From positions 1 through 64,000 of the forward strand of contig CT868058.1 in assembly GCA_000165425.1 (NCBI GenBank): a DNA stretch of 64,000 bases, given 5' to 3'. Below the pieces are notes generated by a model. It worked only from the letters and a program-made list of their open reading frames with translations, was not told the DNA's origin and searched no databases. The position numbers and the translations under genes were made by a program. The DNA comes from Paramecium tetraurelia (lineage: Eukaryota). This document shows, one piece after another, positions 12,153 to 27,334 of the stretch. Numbering within the stretch: position 1 is the stretch's first letter; each line of letters begins with the position of its first letter.

Positions 12153-14547
12153 GTTCTTTTATTTAAATATTGTCTAAATAAAAATTAAAGATAAAAGAGA
12201 AGGTTCATGTAAAGATTGACGATATCTATAGAATCTTTATTATAAACAATAAGACATAGTAAGATTAAATAGAGTAAAATGAATATAATATTTCAGAAAA
12301 TTATTATCCTAATGTTGTATATCCATCTTCGATTTAAGATAATGTTATTTCTAAACTTTTTCAAATACGCACAGAATCTGGACTATTATAGTGATTAGGG
12401 TGCTTTAACAAGTCCATAAATTAAAATTGTGCCTAAAAAGATAGACATTTTAGTCTTAAAGAATTAGCCATTGGTATCGATTATTTAAGTGAATTTTATA
12501 TTTATTCATTAATAAAATAAAATACCACTATACAATATATTAATAATAAATATAAATTCCAAACGTGATACAATTCTTATTCAGTGTTGAAACTAGGTTT
12601 AAATCTAATAGTAATCTATATATAAGTGTATTGATCAATAATATATGATATTTAATTTTGAGGCATATGCGTAGATGTTAGCTATTTCAAAGTACCACTA
12701 TTATATTTGATGGACTCTTAATTTTTTTTGAACTATGGAATTAAAATTATTATTCACAAGGGAGAGCAATAAAACCTTTAATAAATAGATTCTTTTTAAA
12801 TATACTATCAATATCACTCTTAATATAATTTATAAAAAATACCCCTCCTAAAAATAAAAGGAAAGAATTATTCAGGTTAGATGTATCCTCCTTGTATTAG
12901 ATTAAATTAATTAGGAATACATTTTAGGAAGATGAATTTGATATTTGTCAATATATTAAATAAATTAATTGAGAAAACTTGTAAATTTTTATATTTATTA
13001 TTATTAATTTATTTTTTTATTTTGGATGTTTTCCATTTACATCTTAATTCAACCAAGCTGAATTGTATTACGATGAATATTAATTATTACCTTTACTAAC
13101 CGCTCTTAACAGTTAAGGAAAAACACCATTAGTCTTAAGGAATATATATTAAAAGGAGAATAAATATATTTAACTATATACTAATTAAATTTGAGTTTAT
13201 TATTATTATAAAGAAATAAAAAACTTAATTTCAATTAATAGTTCTTGGATAGAGATGTGGTCTAAATGCATCTCCCCTCTAGTTTAGAAAAATGAGTTTC
13301 AAAAAATTTGTTTGTTAAATTAACAAATGTTGTGAAAAAAAATTATTTACCACAAGAAAAAAACAGAATCAATAATTTATTTTGTTCTGCTCAAATAGGT
13401 TACAAATAAAAAATTGAGATAAGATTATAAAGAAGATAGAGCAATAATCAAACATATATGATATATCCCTAGTAAGTAAATACTTTAGTACAAATTTAAA
13501 GCAATTATGAATTTAAAAATAAAGTAATTCTCTTTGAACTCAACTGTCATTTTTATCAACTTTATTTAAACAAATTTATTGGAAGTAACCCTTAATCATA
13601 ATCATTTATGTTTAAATTTGTTATCAGTCATTTGTAAAAAAAAAAAGTTTAAGTGAATTCCACATAAACTATATATTAGGAAAATTGATTCAGAAAGATT
13701 AGAAACTCTCAAAATTAATTTATTTTAATTTGATTAATGAATGCAATTAATTATATCCGATTGATAGCTTTTTCTTTAGAATTTTAAGGAGATAAAGAGG
13801 ATAGTTATTGAAAAGCATGATTTCAAATTAACAGGATGTCTTTTTGCAACTACATCAAATTTGTGGCCTTTATTTGTTTAAGAAAATTAGATAAAATAAG
13901 AATAATTTGGATATTCTATTAGAAAAATAAAACTTATTGGTATAAAATCTCAATTAGATTCTAGATTTAAATTAGAAGACAACTTAGTTAAGCAAAAAAT
14001 CCCTTTAACTCTATCCGAGAAGTTCAACTTTCTTTAATTACTCAATTGAAATTGACAAATTAATTTTAATCCTACTTAATGATTATTTCTCTGTCTATCC
14101 TAGATTTCATTATAGAACCTTTGAAATCTTTTAAAATTATGTAAAATAAAATAATAGTTAATAGACCTATCGATAAATTCCAATCCACTAAAAAAATTAA
14201 ACCTATTACTAATGATATCCTCGGCATAAATAACTTCGTTTTCAATTTAAATACCTATAAAAAAAATATAAAGATCTGGATGAATCCCTAGTGAGTAAAA
14301 ATTATTAATAATAATAGTTTCTTTAAATTTAGAATATACTTTTACTATCCTACAATAAAAAATTGTTTGTGAGTCAAAAGAAGGAAAATAGATTATTTTA
14401 TCATATCTATTCTATTAACTCACGGCTATTAAATTTTCTTGATAATCAAATAAATGAATTTGATAATTCTAGAATTCTATAATTTTTATAATTTAATTTC
14501 AAAAGTATTATTTATTCATATTATTATTTTTAATAGAAATACAACAT

Positions 14548-16426
14548 ATGATTAGCAATCAAGACCTAATTTGTTTAAATATGCAATATACCAAAGAAAA
14601 TGCTTTGAAAAATGTAAACATATAAAATCCCTTAACAAAAAACAGTCTAGCATAAAAGCTTTTGTAATGGAATAGCTTGCCATTAATCAATTTTGAACCT
14701 ACTAAATTAGATATATATTTTGGAGTTTTCTTACATTAAATTATAAAATCCTCTTAAAATTTATAGTTAAAAATTCTGTACTAAGATATTATGAATAAAA
14801 TTCAATTTGAGATTAACAATAAATAACACCTGTATGCTGAGCTTTGTAGGAAGATAACGAACAAAGACACCCTATACCCTTTCCCCGATTAATTTGACTT
14901 TAAAACCTTTGATTAATCAATTTAAGAAAGCTTGGAAATTGAAATCTGTAATCTTCAATTTTGGCAGAATAAATTATATCAAAGTACTAAACTCTAAAGC
15001 AAAGAACCTTTATAATTTAAAATTTTATTCTATCAATTTAGTATTGATAATAATGTGAAACAACTTCTCATATTTTCAACTAACAAAAATTTTCAACCAA
15101 GGTTGTAATCATTTCCAATTGTATCACAATTTTATTATCCAAATACAACTAGAGCCACTTATATAAATCCTGGCGAGTAATCAAATCAAAATGATATTCG
15201 GTAAACAAATCAGTATACTAACAATATTTCATTTAAATAGCAAATTCTACCAAAGGGTTTTTTTCCTTTACCATAACAAACCTTTAATTAAAGCAAATTC
15301 AATAGCTGTGCTTCTGCCAAGGGTCCTTAAGAATTTTAATTCAATAATCCAAATTAAATTAACCCTAATTTTCAATTTCCTACTCCTAATGGATTTTAAA
15401 CATCAGCTTAGATATAAGGGGATAATAGGAATTAGTAAAACAATAATTTTGTTTCTTAATATCCTTATTAAAGGACAGAATATTAACAATAAAATATTTA
15501 GTTTAATCTTGCTAACTAGCAATCAAGTGCTAATGATGATACTGATGTGTTTCGCACAGAATAAATAGCTACAAAAGAATCAGTTGTAACCAATCCGAAA
15601 CCATAAAATGAAGGGAGAATACTAACCAAAATGATTTAGAAAGAAGGAGAGAAATCTGAGTGTTCAGTATGTTATGAAAATTATTATTAAAAACCTGATG
15701 AAGCAATTATGACCCCTTGCTGCAATAAAATGGCTCATAAGCCATGTATGTTAAATATGTTAAATGATAACGCTAAATAATAGATGAATTTAGAAACAAT
15801 TAGATGCTATTTATGCGAAAAGTTACTAAAGGAGTACTAAGAGTTTCTAAGAAGTAATATTCCTAAGTAACTTATTTTTAACATAAAACTCAGAGAAGTT
15901 TTGGCAAAAGTTACTTCAAAATGCTGTAAATGTAACTCACCGATACAAGCAAGCACAGAATATAAATAGGTGTAAATTTAATGCTTGAAATGTAATACTA
16001 TACTTTGCCGTTATTGCTATTAAGAATATCACGGAGAAAATCAAGCAGTAATTTATATTTTAATAGAATTAGTCATGTCCAAATCTGTTAAAAGAGATTT
16101 TAAAAGCAATCGATGGTATGCCAGTTCTAGTTTGTCCATTTTGTGGTACAATGCAAACAAAAGATGAGAAATGTAATCATGTGAAATGCCACGTTTGCTA
16201 GAAAGATTTATGCTCAGCATGTTCTGTTGATAGATCTCCAATAATGGATCATGGCAATCATTATCACAGGGTGGGTTGTCCTGACTATTAACCATGGATA
16301 TAAAATGGCAAAGTGATGACAGAACCTAAACTCGAGAAAAGAAGCTGTCAAAAATGTAGAGAAACAGGTTAAGCATGTCAATTCCCTATAAGTTTGGAAG
16401 AATACAAATAATTAAAATAGTTTTGA
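14548..16426 (+). CDS. RBR (RING-IBR-RING2) E3 ubiquitin ligase with Q/N-rich linker
   Basis: ATG 14548. RING1 CSVCYE..TPCCNKMAHKPC..CYLC, IBR CCKC..CLKC..LCRYC..YH, RING2 CPFC..KDEKCNHVKCHVC..CSAC. Intron starting at 16048. TGA 16424-16426. Confidence 0.88.
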
Positions 16427-17225
16427 ATTTGTGAAAATGTTATAATAATTATATTTAATAAGATGTTTAAATCTTCTAAAGAACATGTTTCATAAATTAT
16501 TCTCTTAAAGAAATTGAGATAACTGGTTAGATTAATTATTTAATCTCCCATTATTTTCTAGTATTAAATTATTAATACTAATTTTTCTTTGCTCAATCTA
16601 TATAAATTTGGTTATAGAATTAAATAAAGAAGAATTAGTTGATATTTTTAAGTTGGAGTAGTATTTAAATAAGTAAATAGATACGCATTAGTTTTATTAT
16701 TATCAGTTAAATTACACTTGAATAATAGTCATTAAATAAAGTAAGAAATTTATAACCAAGTGAGCCACAATAATTCAACTACTAATAAACTTTACTAAAT
16801 ATTTGTATTAAAAAAGAATAATTCTCACAATAAAAGATTGAGGGTGCAGTTATTTTAAATTCCATCATCTAAGGAAATTTCTAAAATTATTATCATTATT
16901 CATATTCTTAATGAAATAACTTTTAATTACTCAAAGTTTATAATTAAAGTTGATTTAAACCCAATTTATGGTAAAAATGTCTTATATTCATTAATATTTA
17001 TAAACTAATTACTTAAGTCTTAGATTATGTTCAAGAATGAAGTTTGATTTTTGTTTTATCAAGTCGCAAGAATATGAATTTAACTTTAGAAATCTCATCT
17101 AGAACGAGGGGATACCAATTGTAATTCCAAGAAATGATTTCATTATTTGTTATTCCAAAAGCCTATAATTATTGTAGAATAATTTAAAACATTTTTATTG
17201 AGATTATAATTAAATAAATTAATAG

Positions 17226-20200
17226 ATGATAAAATTATTCTCATTTATAGGATTCCTTTTCACAGTGCTAACTAAATTAATAGTGTATGAATAAAAATTT
17301 AATCATGCTTTGAATGGTATATACATTATTAATAAAAGATTGGGTTAATAATAATAATAATGAGAATCTTAACTATTAAATTGATGCTTCAAATAATATT
17401 TAAGAAACTCCTAAATTAAATGAAAACACAATAATATAAAGATTTTTTAAGTTTCCACCACACAATTAGCTTTTTATAGACATAAATATTATTCTAAATA
17501 GAGCTTTAGATTTAGTTGTGTAGATAGGCAATAAGAAATATTTATCATTTGCTTAATACGACGCATCTAATCCGACGGCAACTTGTAAGTTTACCTTTGT
17601 TCATTTATATGAAATTGATGTAATCACAATATCAGCACAAAAAAATCCATCGCAATTAATTTCTTTCGACTGGGCATTAAAATAAATATCAATATATATC
17701 GAAGAATGTCCAGCAACTTGCAGTTACTGTCCAGATCTTTATGGAGTTGATGCTTGTTCTCAATTTTCAGCACTTTTTCCATTTTAAGGATTGTATTCTA
17801 AAGAAGCTGATAATTGGATAATCACACCAAATATTTAAAATTCTTCTACTAACTAACCCATCTCTTCACGTATCAAAATTTATTATAATAGAAAATGTGA
17901 TTTTTTACCAACTTGTCTCTAATACTTATTCTTTAAAGCTTGAAAGAACTGTTGCCATTCCAAGTAATTATGGAACTATTATAAAATTCAAGCTTATCTT
18001 TAAACAATAATGGCTTAATTATGTTCAAATAAAAATAAATAATTATTTCATTTTAATACATTATTCTTAAGCAACAGCAATGATGATAAATACAAATGGT
18101 AATAATTATCCAGGTTGGACATATACTAATAATTATTTTTTCTATTAAGTATCAGTGAGTAATTCTGACTACAATATTCAAATTAAAAATATTCTAGTAT
18201 ACATCTAGTATTAAAATGATAACAATGACTATTTTAGCATTTAAGAATTTAATATTTATTATAAAAAATTAGAAGCTTATTGGATAGATCAACTTCAAGG
18301 TTGTTTTACAATTTTATTTAATAAATGTGTATAATGCCAAGAAGGCTGGTATTTCAGAAATGATGAATAAATATGTGTTCCTTAATGCGGTGATTTAATA
18401 ATATAAGGTTAGGAAGATTGCGATGACGGAAATACTGAAGCATATGATGGTTGTTTTAATTGTAAATTCTCATGTGCTAAAAATTGTAAATATTGTGTTT
18501 TTGGAGAGTGCTTACTTATGGAAAAATAAAAATAGGGAATAGTTACAATAGAAAAGGATTGCTAGAGAATTGGTTACATTTCAAGAATAGGATATTATTA
18601 TGATATATAAATGGATGATTGTCAACCTATATGTGGAGATGGAATAGTAAGCATGCATGAGGATTGCGATGATTAAAATGATACTCCTTATGATGGCTGT
18701 TTTAATTGTCGGTTTTCTTGTCCTACCAATTGTCTTTTTTGTTAATATGGTAGATGCCTATATTGTACAGTTGGATATGATTTGCAAAGAGGTAGATGCT
18801 AACCTGTTTGTGGAGATTCTAATGTGTTAGAATAAGAAACTTGCGACGATGGTAACGATCTTCAATTCGATGGGTGCCATAACTGTGAGAGTAGTTGTTA
18901 ATTAGAATGTACAATGTGTTAAAATACATAATGTTATTAATGTCTAGATGGTTGGACTCTAGAGGAGGGGAAGTGTTAATAAGTGTGTGGAGATTCAAAA
19001 GTGGCAGTGGCATCATACGAATTATGTGATGATCCAGCTGATGTTAATTGTATTTAGTGCCTTTACTAATGCTCAGAAAATTGTTAGAAATGCGATGTAC
19101 CACTTTCATGCAACCTTTGTGAGGACACTTATACATTGATAAAAGGCTAATGCAAATCAGTTTGTGGAGATAAGATGATAAACCCTCTTTATGAGGAATG
19201 CGATGATGGTAATGATATTCCATTTGATGGCTGTCATTATTGTTCGTTATCATGTTCTTTCGGTTGCATAACATGTGAAGAGAACAATGTTTGTAAACAA
19301 TGCGATCCAACAAGTTACTTTTTAAATTCCACGACTGCCTTATGTCAAGAGATTCCCTAACAAATTATTGAAGGAGAAGAGGAAGAGGAAGGTTAAGACG
19401 AAGTACAGACAGAAGAGATATTATGTAATGACAATTTTATACTAATTAATGGAAAATGTGAAAGTTTGTGTGGTAATGGAATGCTTGCTAGCTTATACGA
19501 GGAATGCGATGACAATAACAAGAATAGTGGAGATGGTTGCTCATCTTATTGTAAATTGGAGGATTCTTTTATTTGTTTAAATACAGAAGATTCATTCAGT
19601 ATATGCTCATTCATCATCCTTCCAGATTTCAACCTTCGATCTTTGAGTGATGCTAAAGATTAAACACAAATCATTGAGTTAACCTTCACTGAAAAAGTCA
19701 AAATGTTCTAAGATACTGTTCTTGAAGACATAAGCAAATTTACTATTACACCTTAAACTGAATATGAAATGAAAATTGTCCCTATAACTAATTTAACCAC
19801 AATGATAAGCAATCCTAAATATTAATTTAAAATTCTGTTTTAACAACCTATCTAGAACCCTATGCTTCAGATTAGTTTTGCTAAACAATAAATTTTTAAT
19901 GCTAATGAAATGGAATTAAAAAAATTGGAAAAATTAATTAGTTTAGGGAGTCCTTTTGTGATGTCCAAAGAAAGCAAAGAATATGTCACTTCTATTGTTA
20001 AAATGAATGATGCTATGATGTATACTACGATAGCTATATCTGGCTTTGCTCTATTAACAGGAACTCCAGCCATGTTATTCAATCTAATAGATTTACTATA
20101 ACAGCTTTCTTATATTCGATTTATGCAATATAAATTTCCATCTCATCTGCGCTAGTTTCTTGAGAGTTATACCAAGATTTCCTTAAAACCTGTATTAGAT

Positions 20201-21223
20201 TACCTTAATTTAGATTAAATATTGACAAATCTAAATGGTGGCTAATTACCCTTCCAACCTAGAAAAAACTAACCCTCCAGTTAAGCAGACCCTTTAAATC
20301 AGTTTTATATTATGAATGCTAAAAGTTGTTACTTTTCACTGGTTGCTTCTTTTTTGTCTTATGTAGTATGCCTCATATTCTCTAAAACAAGTGCCTTAAA
20401 CTATTTCAATAAAATTATCATTCAAAAAGGGATGAAATTAAGGAATTTAACTAAGGTCTTTTAACTGTACCATAACTTATAAGTAGCATGCATAAAATAC
20501 AGAAATTAATACTTTTACTCTGGATTGTTTCAAGTCTACTACACAATTATGCATCAATTTTTATTTAGTGCATTCCTCCAATTTCCTAATTATACATTTA
20601 CATCATTATTTGAGGCTGTTAATTCATTAAATGCAATATTAGCGTTAGGTTTCATTTTATTTGTAGAATTCTAATAATTTATAATTACTACAGGATCTAT
20701 AAAGAATATAAATGATTGGAAATTCTTTTTTGATGGGATAAACAAAAAATTTTGGTCTTAAATTTTAAAGCCTATTTAAATGTTAAAGATAACAACTTAT
20801 ATTTTTTCAATTGTATTTTTAATGGATTATCCTGAAGCATAATCATTTGTTTTATCAGCCCAATCTAGTTTTTATGTGGTGTATTTGATATTATTCAAGC
20901 CAATGGATATTGGTTTTGAGTATATAAAATTAGTCTCACGAGAAGTCCTTTTCATTTCTACAATTTGTTCTTTCTATGTTTATAGCTATGATTTAGATGA
21001 CGAAAAAATGTTATTACTTGGTTGGGCACATATAGCACTGTTCACTTCTATATTAGGCTCTAATTTACTCCTTGATATTGGTAAATACGTTAAACTAGGA
21101 TATGACAACATCCAGATAAAAAAGCTAAAAATCGAGAGACGATTGAATTACCAATATCAGAATAATTATCTGCACTAATTCATAATGGTAGAATATGGAT
21201 AACGAGCTAGATTAAGATAATGA
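17226..21223 (+). CDS. Cysteine-rich surface/membrane protein with DUF4215/Myxococcus-type CGD..ECDDGN..DGC repeats and C-terminal multi-pass TM region
   Basis: Signal-peptide-like start MIKLFSFIGFLFTVLT. Two early introns (~17318, ~17870). Six CGD/CGN..CDD repeats at ~18385-19560. Hydrophobic C-terminal segments. TGA 21221-21223. Confidence 0.87.
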
Positions 21224-21474
21224 TAATTTATTTTGTCCAAGTTAATATTGTTTTAATTATTTTTCAATAGTCTTAAGTATTATTATTTAATTAGAATAAT
21301 TTCTGGATTTAAGCATTCTTTATTTTAATCATTCAAATACTTTTATGTTATTCAACCCAGATAATATATACGTTTTATATATTAACAAACACTAGTCAAA
21401 AATGAAATATTAGACTATTATTTTTTAAATAATTAATTTTTATTAGAAGGTTATTTAAAACAAAAATAACAATA

Positions 21475-22323
21475 TCAATTCTTTTATGCTATTATTCTTC
21501 TGATAAGAAATTGAATTTAACTAACTATGTCTTAAGGTTGGACATTGAGAATCTACGAACATGTTTCAACTATAACATTAGCCTACATCTTTTTTAGATT
21601 CATGTATTCTGTGCATATGCCCTTTATCCAATGCCAGCAATCTCGTAATTAAGGTTTGGAATGCTGAAATATATCCTTTGGAGTTAATTTAATTACTAAG
21701 TCTTAAACACATCCAATAAATTTGTCTTATTTAATGCACTTTTATTATAATCTATGAACTTCTTGTATAACATTTTCTGTTTTTAAAATTTCAGCTAACT
21801 CCTCAAAAATTCTTTTCCAACAGTTCTAATCATCATATTTGGATCTAGTCCTTTTTCTACTATAATCTTAAGTTTAATCTTATTCATAGGTAATGTCCAA
21901 TAATGTAGAGTGCATTGATTTATTTCGAAATTGCTTTTATTGTTATAAACTGTCAATAGTAGACTCTAATTCTTAAATCTTATAGATGAGCAAATCCTTT
22001 TATTGAGTGAGATCTTCGATTATTTGCATCATATTTTATTTTGTTCTACTTAATTCATCTTGAAGTAAGTTGATCTGCTATCGTAATGATTCACAGTCAT
22101 CTTCTTATGATTCAGTCAATTACAGTACATCTGAAGAGGTTGACAAATACTTGCGATCATCTTCGTTATTTTTTTGAATTATTTTCAAATTATCTTTATA
22201 GCATTAAAGTTTTCTTTGTATTAGTTAATAGTCCTACGGATCCTCTTCTTGAGTATTTAGAGTACAAACTGAAGGAATCAGTTGTGTGGGATGGGAGTAT
22301 TACTATTATTTGTTTTTATACAT
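21475..22323 (-). CDS. Hypothetical coiled-coil protein (intronless)
   Basis: Continuous ciliate-code ORF MYKNKQQQYSHPTQ...LRDCWHWIKGICTEYMNLKK...QKN*. Confidence 0.8.
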
Positions 22324-22387
22324 AAATGAATTTAATAATGTTGCTAAATTGTAATATAATATATATTTGGATTAATATTATAGATGA

Positions 22388-24041
22388 TCAATCTGCATTG
22401 TAATCGTCCAATTTCTTAAGCAATTACTATTCGTATCCAGCACTGTAATATTGGATGATTTCTGGTGGATAAAAGGAATTGATTTCGTCGATGTATTGTC
22501 TTAACTTGGAGCCAGGATTTGCTTTGATTTCTTGGATTTTCTTTAATCCTTCTGACAAAACAAACTGTCTAAAGATGATATAAGGGATTGTATACTTTTT
22601 TGGCAGCATTATCATTAGGGCAGAGTCTTTTGGAATTGATGCAAGACATATTATAAAATATCAGGGGGAGCTTCTGAGATTAATGGTTCTAGAGCAGGCA
22701 AGTAAGTGCACATTTATAATATGGATTTCAAAGCTTAACTTGATTTCTTTTTGAGATCTTCACTGGAATCAGGGAATTTATAAACCTTAAGATGTGAGGA
22801 GCATTTTTACAGCTAACAAATGGGATGGAACATCAGCTTCAGCCATGGCTCTTGAATGATCGGCTGAATGTCCACCAATCATTCCAAGAGACCAAGCAGA
22901 AGCACTCTTGACTGATTGATCAGGTTCTTTTATTAGAGCATCTTTTAATGGGGCAATTCCTTTGGCTGCAATGATTCCCATGGCCAATGCTTCATCAAAG
23001 GCTCCGATGAACCCTAATGTCATGATGCCTGGTAAACGTGCATCTCCTTTGGCCTCATTGATGTAATCAACAATAGACACAACAGCTCCTGCACTACAGA
23101 TCATTTTAGCTAGGTCTTAAGATTGTCTTGCGATTTCTCTAATGCATGTTGCTGCAGCTTTTCTATCTATTAGATCAATGGGATGTACCTAACTCCAGGG
23201 TCAGTGTCTTTCAATCTATATAAGATTTTGGGGAAGATGTCAACATCTACAATAGCTTCTGCCAAATCTATTGTGTGTTTAGCTATATTGGCCAAACAAA
23301 AGCAAACAGATCTCTTCAACTCAGCATCATGATGAGGAATCAAGGCACTGAGAAATGGTGCAGCACCTGCATCAACTACATTCTAAGCCAATTCGGCTGA
23401 ATGCTTACAAATTTCTGATAGAGCTCCAGCTGATACTCTTTTCAATGTAGTTTCTGGTTCCTAAATACAGAGCACCAATAATGGAACTGCTCCTGCATCT
23501 ACCACAGCCTAAGCCAAATCTGCTGTGTGTCTAGACAGAATATGTGTGATACTTACTTGGCAATGTAACGAAGAGCACTGGCTGCAGCTTCTTTGACACT
23601 TGGATCAAATTCTTCTAAACACTAGACCAAAGCTTCCAAGGCTCCAGAATTCACGACTGCCATTGCCAAAGTTGAAGAATGTTTAGCAACGCATCTAAGT
23701 ACAAATGCTGCAGCCTTTTTGTAGAAACGATTTTGTTCTCCCAACGAACTCACTAATTATGGCAATATTTCATTGGAAACAACTGCTTCAGCCAAATCTT
23801 CTGAATGCTTGGCCAATCTTCCCAATGCCAAGGCTGCTGATTATTGAATTGATGGCACACAATCTAAGAGCAAAGGTCTCAATAAGGACATCACACCTAT
23901 AAGATTGGTTACGGTTTCATTACCTGCTGATTGCAATGCCTCAATATTTTATGGTCTTTTTGCTAACTCAGCCACTGTCTACACAAATTAAACTCTTGCT
24001 TTCTGATAAACTTCAAAAGGTTGTAACACTGCACGACTCAT
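22388..24041 (-). CDS. SPAG6: Sperm-associated antigen 6 / PF16, axonemal central-pair armadillo-repeat protein
   Basis: Start MSRAVLQPFEVYQKARVQFVQTVAELAKRPQNIEALQSAGVMSLLRPLLLDCVPSIQQSAALALGRLA and end YPPEIIQYYSAGYE are hallmark SPAG6/PF16 sequences. Five tiny introns. Confidence 0.95.
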
Positions 24042-24119
24042 TTTTAATTTATTATTGAATTAAATTATATGTACAGATCATGTTAAATAATCCGAAAATA
24101 ATATATTATTTATTCCTCA

Positions 24120-24914
24120 TCATTCTTTTTTCTCCTTTTTCTAATGTTTGCTATGCAACATCGACAATAATGCTATTCATAGTTGAATTACATTTTACTA
24201 TAAATCACAATGAATGAAACACTGACCACTGTTCTTATGTCGTTCACATTGTTGGACTATACACTAAGCTGGGGTTTCAAGTGGAAATTCCAGGCATACA
24301 CATTTGCTATTGCAAACGAATACGTGATGAAATTGTCTATTGTTGATTATCGCATAATCTTAATTGATTCTACTTGTGATTTCGATTCCAACAAACCGAA
24401 ATAGATCACTAAATTCGTTATTGAGAATCCCACTGTTGTTATCACTGCCAATTCAACCATACTTGGATTTGGCTGACTTAAAACATGATGATAACAATTT
24501 GACAGCGTAATACATTAAGAAACCTTGTCAGACAAGTTCAATCCGAATTTTAAGGTGTAATGAGAATCAAGAAAACTTGAGATTCTCTTTATTACAAAAG
24601 GATTCCCCAAAACTATAGTTATAATGAACACATAGAATGCCAATTTCAATGTTTTTGGGTCAAGCAACGAATGTCTATTATGCAAATACATCTACGAATA
24701 GAGTTATACTTACTTCAAGGAAGAATCCTTTGATAAATGTATTGACGAATGTGATAAAGGTATATAATAAGAATCCGAACTCTTTGTTTGAATTGTAGAT
24801 CCCAATCATGGTTAAAATGGCTGACAACACATAAAGGGGCATTTTGTACTCAGAAACGTCGAAGACCACTGAAAAACCAATGTGCACCAAAGCCAAGATT
24901 ATTTTGATTAACAT
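24120..24914 (-). CDS. Hypothetical multi-pass membrane protein with C-terminal di-lysine (ER-retrieval-like) tail
   Basis: ATG 24914 and several hydrophobic segments. Two introns (~24692-24713, ~24179-24204) give a C-terminus of ..LHSKHQKKEKKE*. Confidence 0.7.
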
Positions 24915-25603
24915 TAATAATATTACACATTTACAAATAAATAAAATGATATTTTAATGTAATTGAGATGGCCTTACCGTTAAGGAGAGCAGAACTATCA
25001 TCTAAAGAGGATAAATATAGAATCATTTCATTTAAACCTCATATTTCTCAAGGATTTGAAGACTTTATTTTCAAACTTTTTGTTTTAATAAATTACAAAA
25101 ACTTAATTATAAAAATGATGGATAGTTAATTACATTTTAGAAATCTTTGATAAAATGTGATCAGGATACTGGATAATATGAAAATTAATATTGAAAATTT
25201 ACAATGAATTGAATAATTATTTGATAAAATTTGCATACATAGAGATAAAAATGTTAAATTATATACAAAAGAAGAAATTTAATCTAACTGTCTTTCATTT
25301 GAAAGATTACCTATATTATATCATAATAGTCTATATGGAGAGTTAAATTTTGAAAAGCGTTTAAAACTTATAAAAATATGGCTGACTTACATTCTGGTGA
25401 ATAATATTGGTTGAGTTTAAAACACAATATGATAAATATACTAGAGATTTTATGTGATCAAGCTATTGAAGTCTGAAATATAGAAATTTTAATCATTCAT
25501 TTCAATTTAATCGAGAATTTACGATGTATTAAAATTCAAATTAAATACTAAAGAGTAATTTAATTGTGCCAATATTTTATTAATCAAAATATAAATATAT
25601 ATA

Positions 25604-27334
25604 TCACTCATCAAATCTAAATTTTATTTGTCCTGCGCAAATGACATTTTCATTACAATTCATATATTCACATTTTATTGTTTATTTTGAGCATTCTAAA
25701 CAATATGAAATTAAATGACTTTTATTGCAATATGCAAATTCAGTTCCCTTTGATTTATTACATTTTTAGCAATAATATTAAGAGAAATTGATTTCATTCT
25801 ACATTGTATTAATTTTTAGATTTTGCTCAATATTCAAATTTTACTAAAATGAACACTTCAATAAATCCTAATGTTTCCACATTAACTCCTTTAATAGATC
25901 ATTTTTATTTTGATCTATTAACTTGATTTCAAGCTTCTTCCTTGTTTAAATTTTGGTCTCGCAATAAAGACATTCTTAAATCTCAGCCTAGCAATCATAG
26001 CAATAACGGAAATGACCACACGGAACCAACAGAGTATCAGACAACTTTTCCAAGCATATTCTACATTTAGCAATATGGTTTCCTTTTTGTAGCAGCTCTC
26101 CTCTAGCTATATTTTAAATTATGTCTTCGTCATTGATTGGAATATGGAACTACTCCATCAATTGTAATTCTTGTTTAGGGTTCTTATTTTGATTGAGCTT
26201 GATTTCAAAGTTATCTGATTCAACTAACCCAAAGACAACGATCTCCTCGGTAGTTTTATTAAGTATTCTAGAGTTAATATAAAGTTATATACAGAATTTA
26301 ACTATTGATTTTGAAACCCTCGTTTGTTGAAAACTTTTAAGTACAAATAAACTGTGAGCTTGATAAAGTTAACTTTAAGGTATTTTCATTAAGTGTAGCA
26401 AACTCTATGTTTTTGATATCATCTACATATACTTCTATAAAATATACATTGCCCCCCTCCAATAATGACCGACCAGTCTGAAGTTTTTCGATAATTTGTA
26501 TAGAATTCGTATCGTTTTTCAATTGAATCAAATTGAGGATTGAATAATATCTAGGGATTGAATTTGTTAACAGAAAAGATAGTATTTGAGAGGAAGGATT
26601 GCTCTTTCAACTCTGAATCATCATTGATTTTGAGTCGAAAGATTTGCTGATCTTCATTGGAATTGATATAATTTAATTTGCCTTCAATTTCAGTTAATTA
26701 GATTGGTTTATTGTTCGCAGTTTAATTTTCAAGGTAGCAAAAATCAGATTAAATTGCAATTCCTTAGATGAGAGCAACTTCTAATTCGTTTTTGTTTCGA
26801 GATATAATTTACATTAAAGTATCGTTAGTTTTATTAAAATCTGGTTCTTTGGGGGTAGTTTAGAAAAAGCGTAGTGAATTAAAGATGCTTTGTTAAGAAT
26901 GGATAGATTATATATTGTAGTTAGGCTGGGTATAATTAGAAAACTTAAAGTTTGAGACACTTACGTCAATATACTTTTTGACAATATCCATTTTCCATTG
27001 GCATTTCTTAATTGGTTCTGCCAAGACAATGAAACACAAGACTTTCTTGACTCTAAATTATTGATTATGCTTACTAAGCAAATTGTATTAAATTGAATAT
27101 ATTCTATATTTTGTCATCGAATTCGATCAACTCTTCATATTGAATTAACAAAATCAGGTTCTTATTAATGAGTATGTTCCTACAAAGTTCTGGGAAATTA
27201 CAAGAGTAAATGTTGAATGACGAATCTTCTAATTATATTTAAGCGCATTTTTGCGGAGATTCCACAATCTATTATAAGCTAATGTGATTGATAGTTGTTC
27301 CAAACTTAATCAAAGGGATCTTGAGGTAATTCAT
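25604..27334 (-). CDS. C3HC4 RING-finger protein with a second C-terminal Cys-rich finger
   Basis: CRICLEKLSDTLLVPCGHFRYCYDC..ECLYC RING-HC, followed by CQKC..CNKSH..CLEC..C..C. Four tiny introns. TGA at 25604. The start is uncertain (an upstream in-frame ATG lies near 27442). Confidence 0.75.
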
